Source: Bacteroidaceae bacterium (GTDB taxonomy: Archaea; Methanobacteriota; Methanobacteria; Methanobacteriales; Methanobacteriaceae). From it: 64,000 nucleotides of DNA. This document shows positions 32,157-41,416 of this stretch, piece after piece. Where the stretch lies: assembly GCA_963606955.1 (NCBI GenBank), contig CAVDAS010000001.1:31871-95870 (forward strand), given 5' to 3'. Positions within the stretch are counted from its first letter, which is position 1. Each line of letters starts with the position of its first letter. The notes below the pieces were generated by a model. The model worked only from the letters and a program-made list of their open reading frames with translations. It had not been told where the DNA came from and made no database searches. A program made the translations under genes and the position numbers.

Positions 32157-32861
32157 ATGACAAAAAAAGGAAAGTTAATTGGAATTGGTGTTGGACCTGG
32201 AGATACAGAATTACTTACTTTAAAAGCAGCTAAAGTTTTAGAAATTGTACCTGTAATCTTTTCACCAAAATCAGCAAAAGAAAAGGAAAGTATAGCCCTG
32301 TCAATTGTAACGCCAATTTTAGAAAAAAGACAGGATTATAAAAGATTAATGGTTGTAGAACCTTTATTCCCAATGATTGAAGATAAAGAAGAGCTTGAAA
32401 AATATTGGAATAGTGCTGCAGATTTAATAGCTAATTATTTAGATAGTGGAAGGGATGTAGCTTTTATAACTCTTGGAGATCCTTCAATATTTAGTACATA
32501 TTCATATACACAAAAGAAACTAGCTGATAGCTATGAAATAGAAACAATACCTGGAATTACATCATTTACTGCATGTGCAGCAGCTAAAAATGAACCATTA
32601 GTTGAAAAAAATGATATATTAACTATTGTTCCAAAAATAGATGGCAGATTAGACAACTTTTTAGAACATAGTGATTCAATTGTTTTAATGAAAGCTTCAA
32701 GAAATACAAAAGAATTAGAATCAGCTATTGAAGCAAAAAATAGACCTAAAGAAGTATTTTCAGTACAAAATTGTACCCGTGAAAACGAAAAAATAGTAGA
32801 AGGCTTTTCAGATGAAAAACCATACCTTACAACAACTATAATTAAATTTTTAGAGCAATAA
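32157..32861 (+). CDS. cbiL: Cobalt-factor II / precorrin-2 C20-methyltransferase
   Basis: N-terminal GKLIGIGVGPGDTELLTLKA and ITLGDPSIFSTY motifs of tetrapyrrole methylases. Confidence 0.85.
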   Translation: MTKKGKLIGIGVGPGDTELLTLKAAKVLEIVPVIFSPKSAKEKESIALSIVTPILEKRQDYKRLMVVEPLFPMIEDKEELEKYWNSAADLIANYLDSGRDVAFITLGDPSIFSTYSYTQKKLADSYEIETIPGITSFTACAAAKNEPLVEKNDILTIVPKIDGRLDNFLEHSDSIVLMKASRNTKELESAIEAKNRPKEVFSVQNCTRENEKIVEGFSDEKPYLTTTIIKFLEQ

Positions 32862-32863
32862 TG

Positions 32864-33625
32864 TTATTTTTGTTTAAAAGGCTCAATTTCAAAAACACAT
32901 TTTTCATCTCCCATTGTACAACATTGAGTTTCAATTACACGAACGGGTAAACCAAAAAATTCACTAAATAAAGCTTTGAGAATACCTGAATCTAAATAAC
33001 ATGCAGGTTTTCCTGTTTTTGGAAGTAATTCACATTCAAAACAGTCCAAAGCTGTGACTTTGATAATTTGGCCTAATTTAAAAGATAATCTACCTAAACC
33101 TTTTGCTTCCCAAAATTTAGCAATATTTTCAATAAATACCTCTAAATCATCATCATACAACTTACTATACAAGGATTGGCCCATACGTATACCTGTGGAA
33201 TGTAATATTGGATCAATATTTATTCCTTCCTGTATAAGCATTGATCTTAAAGTATGGAATAATAAAACTGTAAATTCCCCATCATTTTCAACAATATTGT
33301 CAATTAAATACTGTGCTTTTGTTTCTTCAATTTCACTTTTCTTTGAGACAGCTACTGAACCAAGATATTTAGAATCTAAATAAAAAACCTTTCTTCTGTT
33401 ATCTGATTCGCCTAACCTGTATGATATTATTCCATCTTCCCTCAAACTTTTTAAATGTACGGAAATTGTAGATTTTGATTTACCAGTATTTTTAACAATT
33501 TCATCAAATTCCATGTCACTGCTACGAAGCATTTCCAAAATTGTAAGTTTAACTGGACTTTTAACAACATCAATACCCATATCTGCATCTTTAGAAAATA
33601 TTTGAAGTGGTTTTTGTTTAATCAT
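32864..33625 (-). CDS. msvR: MsvR-type redox-responsive transcription regulator (ArsR-like wHTH plus V4R domain)
   Basis: wHTH region KLTILEMLRSSDMEFDEIVKNTGKSKSTISVHLKSLREDGII. The C-terminal V4R domain carries conserved Cys (CFEC, CY, QCCTMGDEKC). It is divergent from fprA. ATG 33625 is preceded by GGAGAT; the track start 33658 is TTG. Confidence 0.75.
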   Translation of the reverse strand: MIKQKPLQIFSKDADMGIDVVKSPVKLTILEMLRSSDMEFDEIVKNTGKSKSTISVHLKSLREDGIISYRLGESDNRRKVFYLDSKYLGSVAVSKKSEIEETKAQYLIDNIVENDGEFTVLLFHTLRSMLIQEGINIDPILHSTGIRMGQSLYSKLYDDDLEVFIENIAKFWEAKGLGRLSFKLGQIIKVTALDCFECELLPKTGKPACYLDSGILKALFSEFFGLPVRVIETQCCTMGDEKCVFEIEPFKQK

Positions 33626-33799
33626 TAATAATATCTCCGTTTGTAAATACACCAACAAACTAATTTTATAAATTATAATATACTATTCGTACCTAATAAA
33701 ATTAACTCTTTATATAACTGTCCAATTATAGTAACAAATTTCACCATTTCAAACAACCATTAATTTTATATATTAGTATATACAAAAAACATCCATAAT

Positions 33800-33818
33800 C
33801 ATACGAATTATTCGTATG
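33800..33818. promoter_or_regulatory. Perfect palindromic operator CATACGAAT-t-ATTCGTATG between the fprA TATA box and the start codon
   Basis: 9-bp arms with a 1-nt centre. It contains TACGAA (33802-33807) and TTCGTA (33811-33816). A TTTATATA box lies at 33765-33772. A further TTCGTA half-site lies at 33686-33691, on the msvR side. Confidence 0.65.
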
Positions 33819-33858
33819 AAATAAAACAAAATGTAAAAAGACATATAAGGCGATTAAA

Positions 33859-35085
33859 ATGAAAGCTAATGCTCAAAAAATAGGTGATGGAGTATATTGG
33901 ATTGGTGTACTCGATTGGGACTTAAGAAGTTACCATGGATACACCTTAGATGGAACAACTTACAATGCATATATTGTATTTGGCAAAGACCACGTAGCGG
34001 TAATTGATAATGCTTATCCTGGCAAAACTCAAGAATTTATGGCACGTCTTGAAGATGCTTTCGCACAGGAAGGTAGAGATGATGTAGTTGTAGATTACAT
34101 TATTCAAAACCATGTTGAAAAAGATCATTCAGGAGTTCTCCTAGATTTACACAAAAGATTCCCTGAAGCACCAATTTACTGTTCAGAAATTGCTGTAAAA
34201 GGTCTTTTAAAACATTACCCTGCATTAGAAGGCGCAGAATTTGTTACAGTAGGTACTGGTGATGTTTTAGAAATGGATGGTAGAACCTTTGCATTCTTAG
34301 ATGCATTTTTATTACACTGGCCAGACAGTATGTTTACTTTACTTGTAGAAGACGGCATTTTATTCCCAAATGATGCTTTTGGTCAACATTTGTGTTTCAC
34401 TAAAAGATTCGACCATGAAATTCCAGAATATGTATTAATGGACGGAGCAAAAAAATTCTATGCCAATTTAATTACACCTTTATCAAAACTTGTTCTTAAA
34501 AAGTTAAACGAAGTAGTTGAATTAGGTTTACTTGAAAAAATCAATATGATTGCACCGTCACACGGTCAGATTTGGACTGACCCAATGAAAATTATCAACG
34601 CTTATACTAACTGGGCACAAGGAGTATGTGAAGACAAAATCACAATTGTATATGATACTATGCACTACTCTACACAAAAAATGGCTCACGAATTAGCTGA
34701 AGGAGCAATAGCTGAAGGTTATGACGTTGAAATGTTCTATTTACATGAAGATGAAAGAAGTGAAATAGTTAAAAGTATCTTAACAAGTAAAGGAATAGCT
34801 ATTGGAGACCCAACAATTAATGATGAACCATACCCAAGTATTGGAGACATTATGTACTACTTAAAAGGTCTTAGATTTGATAAAACAAATATCAACAGAA
34901 AAGCAGTCACCTTCGGTTCAATGGGTGGAAAAGGAGGAACTACTGAAAAACTCGCTAAAAAACTTGAAAATTACGGATTTGATGTGGTGGACTCCCAAGA
35001 AATTTATTACATCCCAACTGAAGAAGAAAATGTTGACAGCTATGAGTTAGGAAGAGCTTTAGCTAAAGCATGTAAAGAATTATAA
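33859..35085 (+). CDS. fprA: F420H2 oxidase (flavodiiron protein FprA)
   Basis: 408 aa. Metallo-beta-lactamase-like diiron motif NHVEKDHSG (HxExDH) plus a C-terminal flavodoxin-like domain. Confidence 0.9.
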   Translation: MKANAQKIGDGVYWIGVLDWDLRSYHGYTLDGTTYNAYIVFGKDHVAVIDNAYPGKTQEFMARLEDAFAQEGRDDVVVDYIIQNHVEKDHSGVLLDLHKRFPEAPIYCSEIAVKGLLKHYPALEGAEFVTVGTGDVLEMDGRTFAFLDAFLLHWPDSMFTLLVEDGILFPNDAFGQHLCFTKRFDHEIPEYVLMDGAKKFYANLITPLSKLVLKKLNEVVELGLLEKINMIAPSHGQIWTDPMKIINAYTNWAQGVCEDKITIVYDTMHYSTQKMAHELAEGAIAEGYDVEMFYLHEDERSEIVKSILTSKGIAIGDPTINDEPYPSIGDIMYYLKGLRFDKTNINRKAVTFGSMGGKGGTTEKLAKKLENYGFDVVDSQEIYYIPTEEENVDSYELGRALAKACKEL

Positions 35086-35133
35086 AATATAAAATATAAA
35101 ATTAGTAATTACAAATATCGGAGGTTAATATTT

Positions 35134-35547
35134 ATGGTTAAATATGAACATAAAGTCGGAAGTACTGTAGGCACCGACGTAGAAAAAGAAGTACAAAATA
35201 ATTTTAATGGAGAAACCCAAGAAGTAGGTATGTACTTAGCTATGTCTAGACAAGCATCAAGGTCTGGTTACGGAGAATTAGCTGAAGTATTTAAAAGATT
35301 AGCTTGGGAAGAAGCAGAACATGCAGCAAGATTCTGTGAAATGAATGGAATCATTAAAGATGATCTCAAAGCTAACATTGAAATGATGTTAGAAGGAGAA
35401 AAAATGGCTAATGCTGAAAAAAGAGAAGCATCTGAAAAAGCTGCAGCTGCAAACCTCGAAGATGCTACTGATTTCTTCAGAGAAAGTTCCAAAGATGAAG
35501 GACGTCATTACAAAATCTTAGAAGGAATCTTAGAAAGATATTTCTAA
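35134..35547 (+). CDS. Rubrerythrin-like diiron (ferritin-like) protein without a rubredoxin domain
   Basis: 137 aa with two ExxH motifs (EEAEHAARF; EGRHYKILE). A GGAGGT SD is present. It lies downstream of fprA, as in the fpaA-rlp operon of Methanothermobacter. Confidence 0.8.
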   Translation: MVKYEHKVGSTVGTDVEKEVQNNFNGETQEVGMYLAMSRQASRSGYGELAEVFKRLAWEEAEHAARFCEMNGIIKDDLKANIEMMLEGEKMANAEKREASEKAAAANLEDATDFFRESSKDEGRHYKILEGILERYF

Positions 35548-35552
35548 ATTTA

Positions 35553-35590
35553 GGGAAAGAATTTAATTATTCTTCCTTAAACTTTTTTTA
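35553..35590 (+). terminator. Hairpin plus T7 terminator of the fprA-rlp unit
   Basis: GGAAAGAAT-ttaatt-ATTCTTCC (one bulge) at 35554-35576, followed by TTAAACTTTTTTT. Confidence 0.55.
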
Positions 35591-35648
35591 AAACAACACC
35601 ACAACCACATTAGCTATTTATTTTAAATTTTAAACCATATAAATTAAA

Positions 35649-35742
35649 GTGTGTTTTTTGTATTATATAATGAAAAATTCATTACATGATGCAATGTGTG
35701 TTTTTTCCATTATAATGAAAAATCCATTACTTATTTTATATA
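35649..35742 (+). repeat. Imperfect tandem duplication (2 x 47 bp) upstream of the ATPase pseudogene
   Basis: Unit 1 starts at 35649: GTGTGTTTTTTGTATTATATAATGAAAAATTCATTAC. Unit 2 starts at 35696: GTGTGTTTTTTCCATTATAATGAAAAATCCATTAC. Each carries a TATA-like box and an AATGA-N5-TCATT type dyad. Confidence 0.7.
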
Positions 35743-35765
35743 GTTTGTTGACTAAATGTGAAATT

Positions 35766-36864
35766 ATGGCAGGCATCCCATTAGGAATTGAAAACGATTT
35801 AGAGGATTCACAATTTTATAATAGGGTAGAAGAAGTTTCATTCCTATCAGATAACTTAAAGTTAACTAAAAAAGGGTCAACTCCAAGAATACTTCTTACT
35901 GGAATAAAAGGAGTAGGAAAAAGTGCATTACTAAAAAAATTAAAAAAAAGATTTTCAAGATGAATATTTAGTTGTTTATATGGACTTATCTAAAATAAAT
36001 AAACCTCCCATAACTCGTTTTGATTTCATGAAATTACTTTGCAAATCAATTATAGAAGCCTGCAACGAATCAAATATAGCTATTGATACAAAAATTCCTA
36101 AATCAGAATAAGATTATGCAAAATTCGCCACTTTTGTAATGGACTTGCCTAAACAAATATATGAAAATTGTAAATCCCACAATAGTGGAGTTTTAATATT
36201 TATGGACGAATTCCAAATTTTAAAACAACTTGACGAGGACGTTAATGGATTTTTATGGTATATTAGAAGCGTAATCCAATCACAAAAACATATCAGTTAT
36301 ATTTTTTCTGGAAGCATGAGTGTTAAAGATGAATTAATTACAGATATTGCAGGTCAGAAAGGTGCCTTTGGTGGTAGAATACTAAATTTCGAAATTAATA
36401 CTTTTTCATTTGATACAACAAGAAATTATTTAACAGAAAAAGCAGAGTATCTTAAATTTACAGATGACGGCTTTAAAAGATTTTATAAATGTACAAATGG
36501 AATTCCATATTATATCAATAGTTTTGCAAGATTATTACCACCAAATGAAGAATTAAATGAAGATAAAATCATTAGTGAATTTAAAAATTCATTACCTTAT
36601 CTGTTAATCCATCTAACGAATGAATGGTACAAACTAACTAAACAAGAACAAAGAATTATTACAGCTCTTATTGAAAAGCCATTAAAAAGAATTGAAATAG
36701 CAAATAAATTAGAAGTAAGTAGCGGAGCTATTGGTGCTTCACTAAAAACCTTACAAAATAAAAGTTTAATAGAAATGGATAAAAATAAGTATAAAATATA
36801 TGATTCTATTTTTAAAGAATGGCTAAAAAAAGAATATGAAGAAAAGGGAGATTATCCCTACTGA
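35766..36864 (+). pseudogene. Archaeal ATPase (Arch_ATPase/STAND-like P-loop NTPase with C-terminal wHTH), disrupted
   Basis: Walker A LLTGIKGVGKSALLKKL and Walker B VLIFMDEFQ. Lesions: a +1 frameshift in the A8 run (about 35942-35949), which causes a TGA at 35961, and an in-frame TAA at 36109-36111 in the restored frame. The three pieces read continuously once corrected. Confidence 0.8.
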
Positions 36865-38010
36865 TTATAAAAATCCGGCTACTATACTAAATATAATAAT
36901 CATTCCTAAAATCAATGACAGAGCATTTACAATAGGTTTGTAGAAATATTCAGGTATTTTATAGCTAAGTAATGTTTCAAGCATGTGCCCGCCATCTAAT
37001 GGTTTTATTGGAAGTAAATTAAATAAACCAATACCTAAATTCAATATAAAAATCCATTGGAATAGCTCGACTACATCAAACCATACCCAAGGTAAGACAT
37101 CACCATATACACTAACTACATTATCATTTAATTCATAATGTTTAACTGCATGAACACCCATATATCCCTTAGACTCATTATTTGGATTTTTATCTAAAAT
37201 TAACGAATAATCACCTTCATTTGTTCCTACCGTTATATTTTGACCAGGTTTAAGATCGCTAACAGCATCAATATAATTATTTGAGTCATTAACTTGATGA
37301 TTATCAATTGATTCAATAACCATTCCTTCTTTGAGGACTTTACTTGCAGGAGAATCACCTACTAGTCTATCAATTTCAATCCCGTGTTCTTCAAATGTAG
37401 ATGGAATAACATAAGATCCCACCGCAGAAACTATTAAAATAGCTATTACTGCAAGTGTAATATTTGCCATTGACCCTGCTGCATATATTCTTAATTTAGA
37501 AGATTTTTTAGCTTCTTTCATTTCTTCTTCATCAGGTTCCATAAATGCAGCTGGAAGAATTGCAAATAGCATTAAACCTACTGATTTAACATTTATTTTC
37601 TCAACAATAGCTAATATACCATGAGAGAATTCATGAACTATTAATACAGTAGCTAGAGCAATTAATCCATAACCTAAAGGAACATAAATTGATGAACCAG
37701 GCATTTCCACACCCGGAATAATTAAAGAAACTGAAGGTGTTTCCAACATTGAGGATAATGAGTTAAGCAATGTCCATGTAATGAATATCATTGCAATATA
37801 AGAAATTACAATCCCTACATTCATAAACCACTTCCAAAAGCGAGGAGCGCGATTAGCTACCCTTTCTATGAAATTTTTAAACCTTTCAGTTCTCCACATT
37901 ATAAGTGGAAAGTTAATTTCAAATCCTTTATCAGTTAATTTATTTTTTAATCCAAATGCCAATATCCAGATGACAATGAAAGCTACCAAATAATAATAAA
38001 TCCCATTCAT
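36865..38010 (-). CDS. Site-2 protease (peptidase M50) with PDZ domain
   Basis: Motifs HEFSHG (HExxH) and NLLPIKPLDGGH, with a PDZ-like insert (DSPASKVLKEGMVIESID). Confidence 0.88.
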   Translation of the reverse strand: MNGIYYYLVAFIVIWILAFGLKNKLTDKGFEINFPLIMWRTERFKNFIERVANRAPRFWKWFMNVGIVISYIAMIFITWTLLNSLSSMLETPSVSLIIPGVEMPGSSIYVPLGYGLIALATVLIVHEFSHGILAIVEKINVKSVGLMLFAILPAAFMEPDEEEMKEAKKSSKLRIYAAGSMANITLAVIAILIVSAVGSYVIPSTFEEHGIEIDRLVGDSPASKVLKEGMVIESIDNHQVNDSNNYIDAVSDLKPGQNITVGTNEGDYSLILDKNPNNESKGYMGVHAVKHYELNDNVVSVYGDVLPWVWFDVVELFQWIFILNLGIGLFNLLPIKPLDGGHMLETLLSYKIPEYFYKPIVNALSLILGMIIIFSIVAGFL

Positions 38011-38026
38011 TAAACGACACCTTTGT

Positions 38027-39244
38027 CTACCAAATTAGTGAATCAAAGAAGACAACATCAACTATATCACCCTTCTGATATCCTTCGTCATTTTCATCTA
38101 TTATGATGTAGCTGTTTGCTTCCACCATAGACCTAATTATACCAGAACCTCTGTTTAACACATGTCTTGCAAAATCATCATCAGAAAATGCACGGACAAA
38201 ATCAGTTCTTCCAAGTTGAGAAGGAATTTTTAATAAAGATTCTCTTTGAACAAAATGGAAATTAAATTCCCTACCCTGCATATTAAATAAATATTTCCTT
38301 GTAAAAATATCAAATTGAGTCATAGCTGCAACTGGCTGGCCTGAAAAAGTAAATATCATTTTATCATTAACAATACCTGCACCAATAGGTTTTCCTGGTC
38401 TTATTGATACTCCATGGAACAATATTTCCCCAATATCATCAACAACATCTAAAACAACATCACCTTTACTAATAGCTGTTCCACCGGTAGTCATTACAAC
38501 ATCATATTCTTTTGATGCTTCTAAAATAGCTTGTTTAACTTCTTCAAAGCCATCTCTCGCACGTGAAACATCAAAAACAACACCACAATCCTCAAGCATT
38601 GAAGCCATTGTGTATTGATTAGAATTAATTATTTTAGCTTGAGAAATTTCTTCTTTAGTCGGTTCTACAAGTTCATTGCCTGTAATAATTACTTTTACCT
38701 TAGGTTTTTTAAAGACTTTAACACTACTATAACCTGCAGAAGCTATTAAACCCATTTCCTGATATCTAATAAAGGTGTTTTTAGATAACACTACATCTCC
38801 TTTACTAATATCTTCTGCTTTTGGACTTACATTTTCACCAGGAGTTACTTGAGAGTAAATAGTTAATTCATCACCTTCTGTTGTAGTATACTCCTTCATT
38901 AAAACAGCATCTGCACCTTTAGGAACTGGTGCTCCAGTAGCTATTCCAATAGCTTCATTTTCACCTATTGTTTTATCACAAAAATCCCCTGCACCAATTG
39001 CATCAACAACTTTTAAATGTTTAGGATTGTTTTGTGATGCTCCAAAAGTATTTACTCCCTTAAGAGCAAAACCGTCCATTGCAGATTTATCAAAAGGAGG
39101 AGAATCATGAAAAGAAATAATATCTTCAGCTAATACTCTTTTATGAGCATCTTTTAAAGGTATTTCTTCCCAGCCCATTACTTTTTGATTGTCTTCCACT
39201 AATTTCAAAGAGTCTTTTAGAGAATCTAATTTAGATAAAAACAT
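38027..39244 (-). CDS. moeA: Molybdopterin molybdenumtransferase MoeA
   Basis: 405 aa. SPPFDKSAMDGFA, TTGGTAISKGD and IRPGKP motifs. Confidence 0.9.
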   Translation of the reverse strand: MFLSKLDSLKDSLKLVEDNQKVMGWEEIPLKDAHKRVLAEDIISFHDSPPFDKSAMDGFALKGVNTFGASQNNPKHLKVVDAIGAGDFCDKTIGENEAIGIATGAPVPKGADAVLMKEYTTTEGDELTIYSQVTPGENVSPKAEDISKGDVVLSKNTFIRYQEMGLIASAGYSSVKVFKKPKVKVIITGNELVEPTKEEISQAKIINSNQYTMASMLEDCGVVFDVSRARDGFEEVKQAILEASKEYDVVMTTGGTAISKGDVVLDVVDDIGEILFHGVSIRPGKPIGAGIVNDKMIFTFSGQPVAAMTQFDIFTRKYLFNMQGREFNFHFVQRESLLKIPSQLGRTDFVRAFSDDDFARHVLNRGSGIIRSMVEANSYIIIDENDEGYQKGDIVDVVFFDSLIW

Positions 39245-39256
39245 CCCTGCACCAGC

Positions 39257-41407
39257 TTAAGCCATGTATTTTTCAATAACTCCATGATAAGAATTATTTA
39301 ATTCATCAATAGTAAATTCATCATCTCCAAGTTTTAAAGCAGTTCCTTTAACTTCTCCTATAACAGCTACAGGAACATCTATTTTATTTAATATTTCATC
39401 AACAGCATCCTGTTTAACTGTTAGAATATATCTGCCATGTGATTCACTATAAATTAAGTCAGATTCTTCTAAATCCTCAGAAGTTATAATAGAGTCTAAA
39501 TCTATTTCACAACCCATATTACCTTTCATTACCATTTCAGATAATGCAACAGCTAATCCGCCGTTAGATACATCATGAACAGCTGTAATATTTTTAGATG
39601 AATCTTCATCAAGTAATTTTAATATAGTTTTACCATTAGCTAATTCATCATCAATCCTAATTCTTGGAGCCATACCTTTTTCAATATTATGAATAGCTCT
39701 GTGATATTCAGAACCAGCTACTTCCCCGTAAGTAGTACCAATTAAAAGGATTTTATCTCCAGAGTTTTTAAAGTCCATTGTTCTGATGTTTTCAATGTTT
39801 TCAACACCTATAACACCAACAGCAGGAGTAGGATTAATTTTAATACCTTCAGTTTCATTATAGAAACTTACATTTCCACTAATAACCGGAGCATTAAATT
39901 TTTCAGCTACAAGAGACATTCCTTCAATTGTCCTTTTAAATTGCCATAATATTTCAGGAGTTTCTGGATTTCCAAAGTTAAGACAATCCACAACAGCATA
40001 AGGAGTTGCACCCATAGAAATTACATTACGAATAGCTTCAGCTACACAGCCTGCACCACCATCAAATGGAGATAATTTAGTGTGGACTGTATTAGCATCA
40101 GTTGTAAGTGCAATAGCTGTATCATCATCAATTCTTAAAACAGCTGCATCACCACCAGGTTTTACAACAGTTCTTACTTGAACTTCATGGTCATATTGTT
40201 TGTAAACCCACTGTTTAGAAGCGATATTAGGTGAAGATAAAAGTTTAAGTAAAGATTCTCTAACTGGAGGATGTTCTACTTCAATTTTAGATGTATCTTC
40301 AGCTACTTCTTTTAATTCACGATTAAGTGAAGGCGGGTCAGCTAATAAAATAGTTGGTAAATCAGCTAACTGTGAGCCTTCATCATCAATTATCATGTTA
40401 TTTCCGTCAATAACTTCTCCAATAACTGCTGAGACAATTTCGTGTTTATCACAGATTTCCTGTGCTTTTTTAACATCTTTAGGATTAATTACAAAAACCA
40501 TTCTTTCCTGAGATTCTGAAAGCATGATTTCATATGGAGTCATTCCGGTTTCTCTTAATGGAATGCTACGTAAATCAACTTTTGCACCATTATCAGATGC
40601 ATCAACAAGTTCTGAAATACAACAGGTAAGTCCTCCACCACCTAAGTCTTTAACTCCACTAACATTAATTTCCTCTAATATTTCAAGTGAAGCTTCTAAA
40701 ACTCTTTTTTTAGTAAATGGATCAGCTACTTGTACTGCCGGTCTGTCTTCGGTTTCACTATCTGAAGTTAGCTCTTCTGATGCAAAGGTTACACCGTGAA
40801 TTCCGTCACGACCAGTTGTACCACCCATTAATAAGAAAACATCTCCAATATATGGAGCTTTTCCGCGAACAATTTTGTCTTTCTCAACAAGTCCTACACA
40901 CATTACATTAACTAAAGGATTTGTTCTAAATGAATCATCAAATTCTACTTCACCAGCTACTGTTGGAACTCCTACTCTGTTACCATAGTCAGAAATTCCT
41001 TCAACAACATGTTCAAATAAATATTTTGATTTTTCATCATCTAAAGATCCAAAACGTAAGGAATCTAAAAGAGCTATTGGCATTGCACCCATAGAAATAA
41101 TATCTCTTAAAATTCCTCCAATTCCAGTACCTGCTCCACCATAAGGTTCAATAGCTGATGGATGGTTGTGACTTTCCATACCTACAGCTAGTGCATATTT
41201 ATCAGTTACTGAAACTAAACCTGCATCATCCCCCGGACCTAAAATAATGTTTTCTCCTTCAGTAGGAAATGTACCTAGTATTGGCCTACTACTTTTGTAA
41301 GAACAATGTTCTGAAAACATTACATCCAACATTCCTTCTTCCAACTCATTCATTTTCCTACCAAGGATACCTTCAATATATTCTATTTCAGAATCTGTTA
41401 AAGTCAT
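39257..41407 (-). CDS. purL: Phosphoribosylformylglycinamidine synthase subunit PurL
   Basis: Motifs [17 protein letters not shown] and duplicated PurM-like domains. ATG 41407 is preceded by AGGTG, which overlaps the ileS stop; the track start 41416 is GTG. Confidence 0.92.
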   Translation of the reverse strand: MTLTDSEIEYIEGILGRKMNELEEGMLDVMFSEHCSYKSSRPILGTFPTEGENIILGPGDDAGLVSVTDKYALAVGMESHNHPSAIEPYGGAGTGIGGILRDIISMGAMPIALLDSLRFGSLDDEKSKYLFEHVVEGISDYGNRVGVPTVAGEVEFDDSFRTNPLVNVMCVGLVEKDKIVRGKAPYIGDVFLLMGGTTGRDGIHGVTFASEELTSDSETEDRPAVQVADPFTKKRVLEASLEILEEINVSGVKDLGGGGLTCCISELVDASDNGAKVDLRSIPLRETGMTPYEIMLSESQERMVFVINPKDVKKAQEICDKHEIVSAVIGEVIDGNNMIIDDEGSQLADLPTILLADPPSLNRELKEVAEDTSKIEVEHPPVRESLLKLLSSPNIASKQWVYKQYDHEVQVRTVVKPGGDAAVLRIDDDTAIALTTDANTVHTKLSPFDGGAGCVAEAIRNVISMGATPYAVVDCLNFGNPETPEILWQFKRTIEGMSLVAEKFNAPVISGNVSFYNETEGIKINPTPAVGVIGVENIENIRTMDFKNSGDKILLIGTTYGEVAGSEYHRAIHNIEKGMAPRIRIDDELANGKTILKLLDEDSSKNITAVHDVSNGGLAVALSEMVMKGNMGCEIDLDSIITSEDLEESDLIYSESHGRYILTVKQDAVDEILNKIDVPVAVIGEVKGTALKLGDDEFTIDELNNSYHGVIEKYMA

Positions 41408-41416
41408 TTTAAACAC

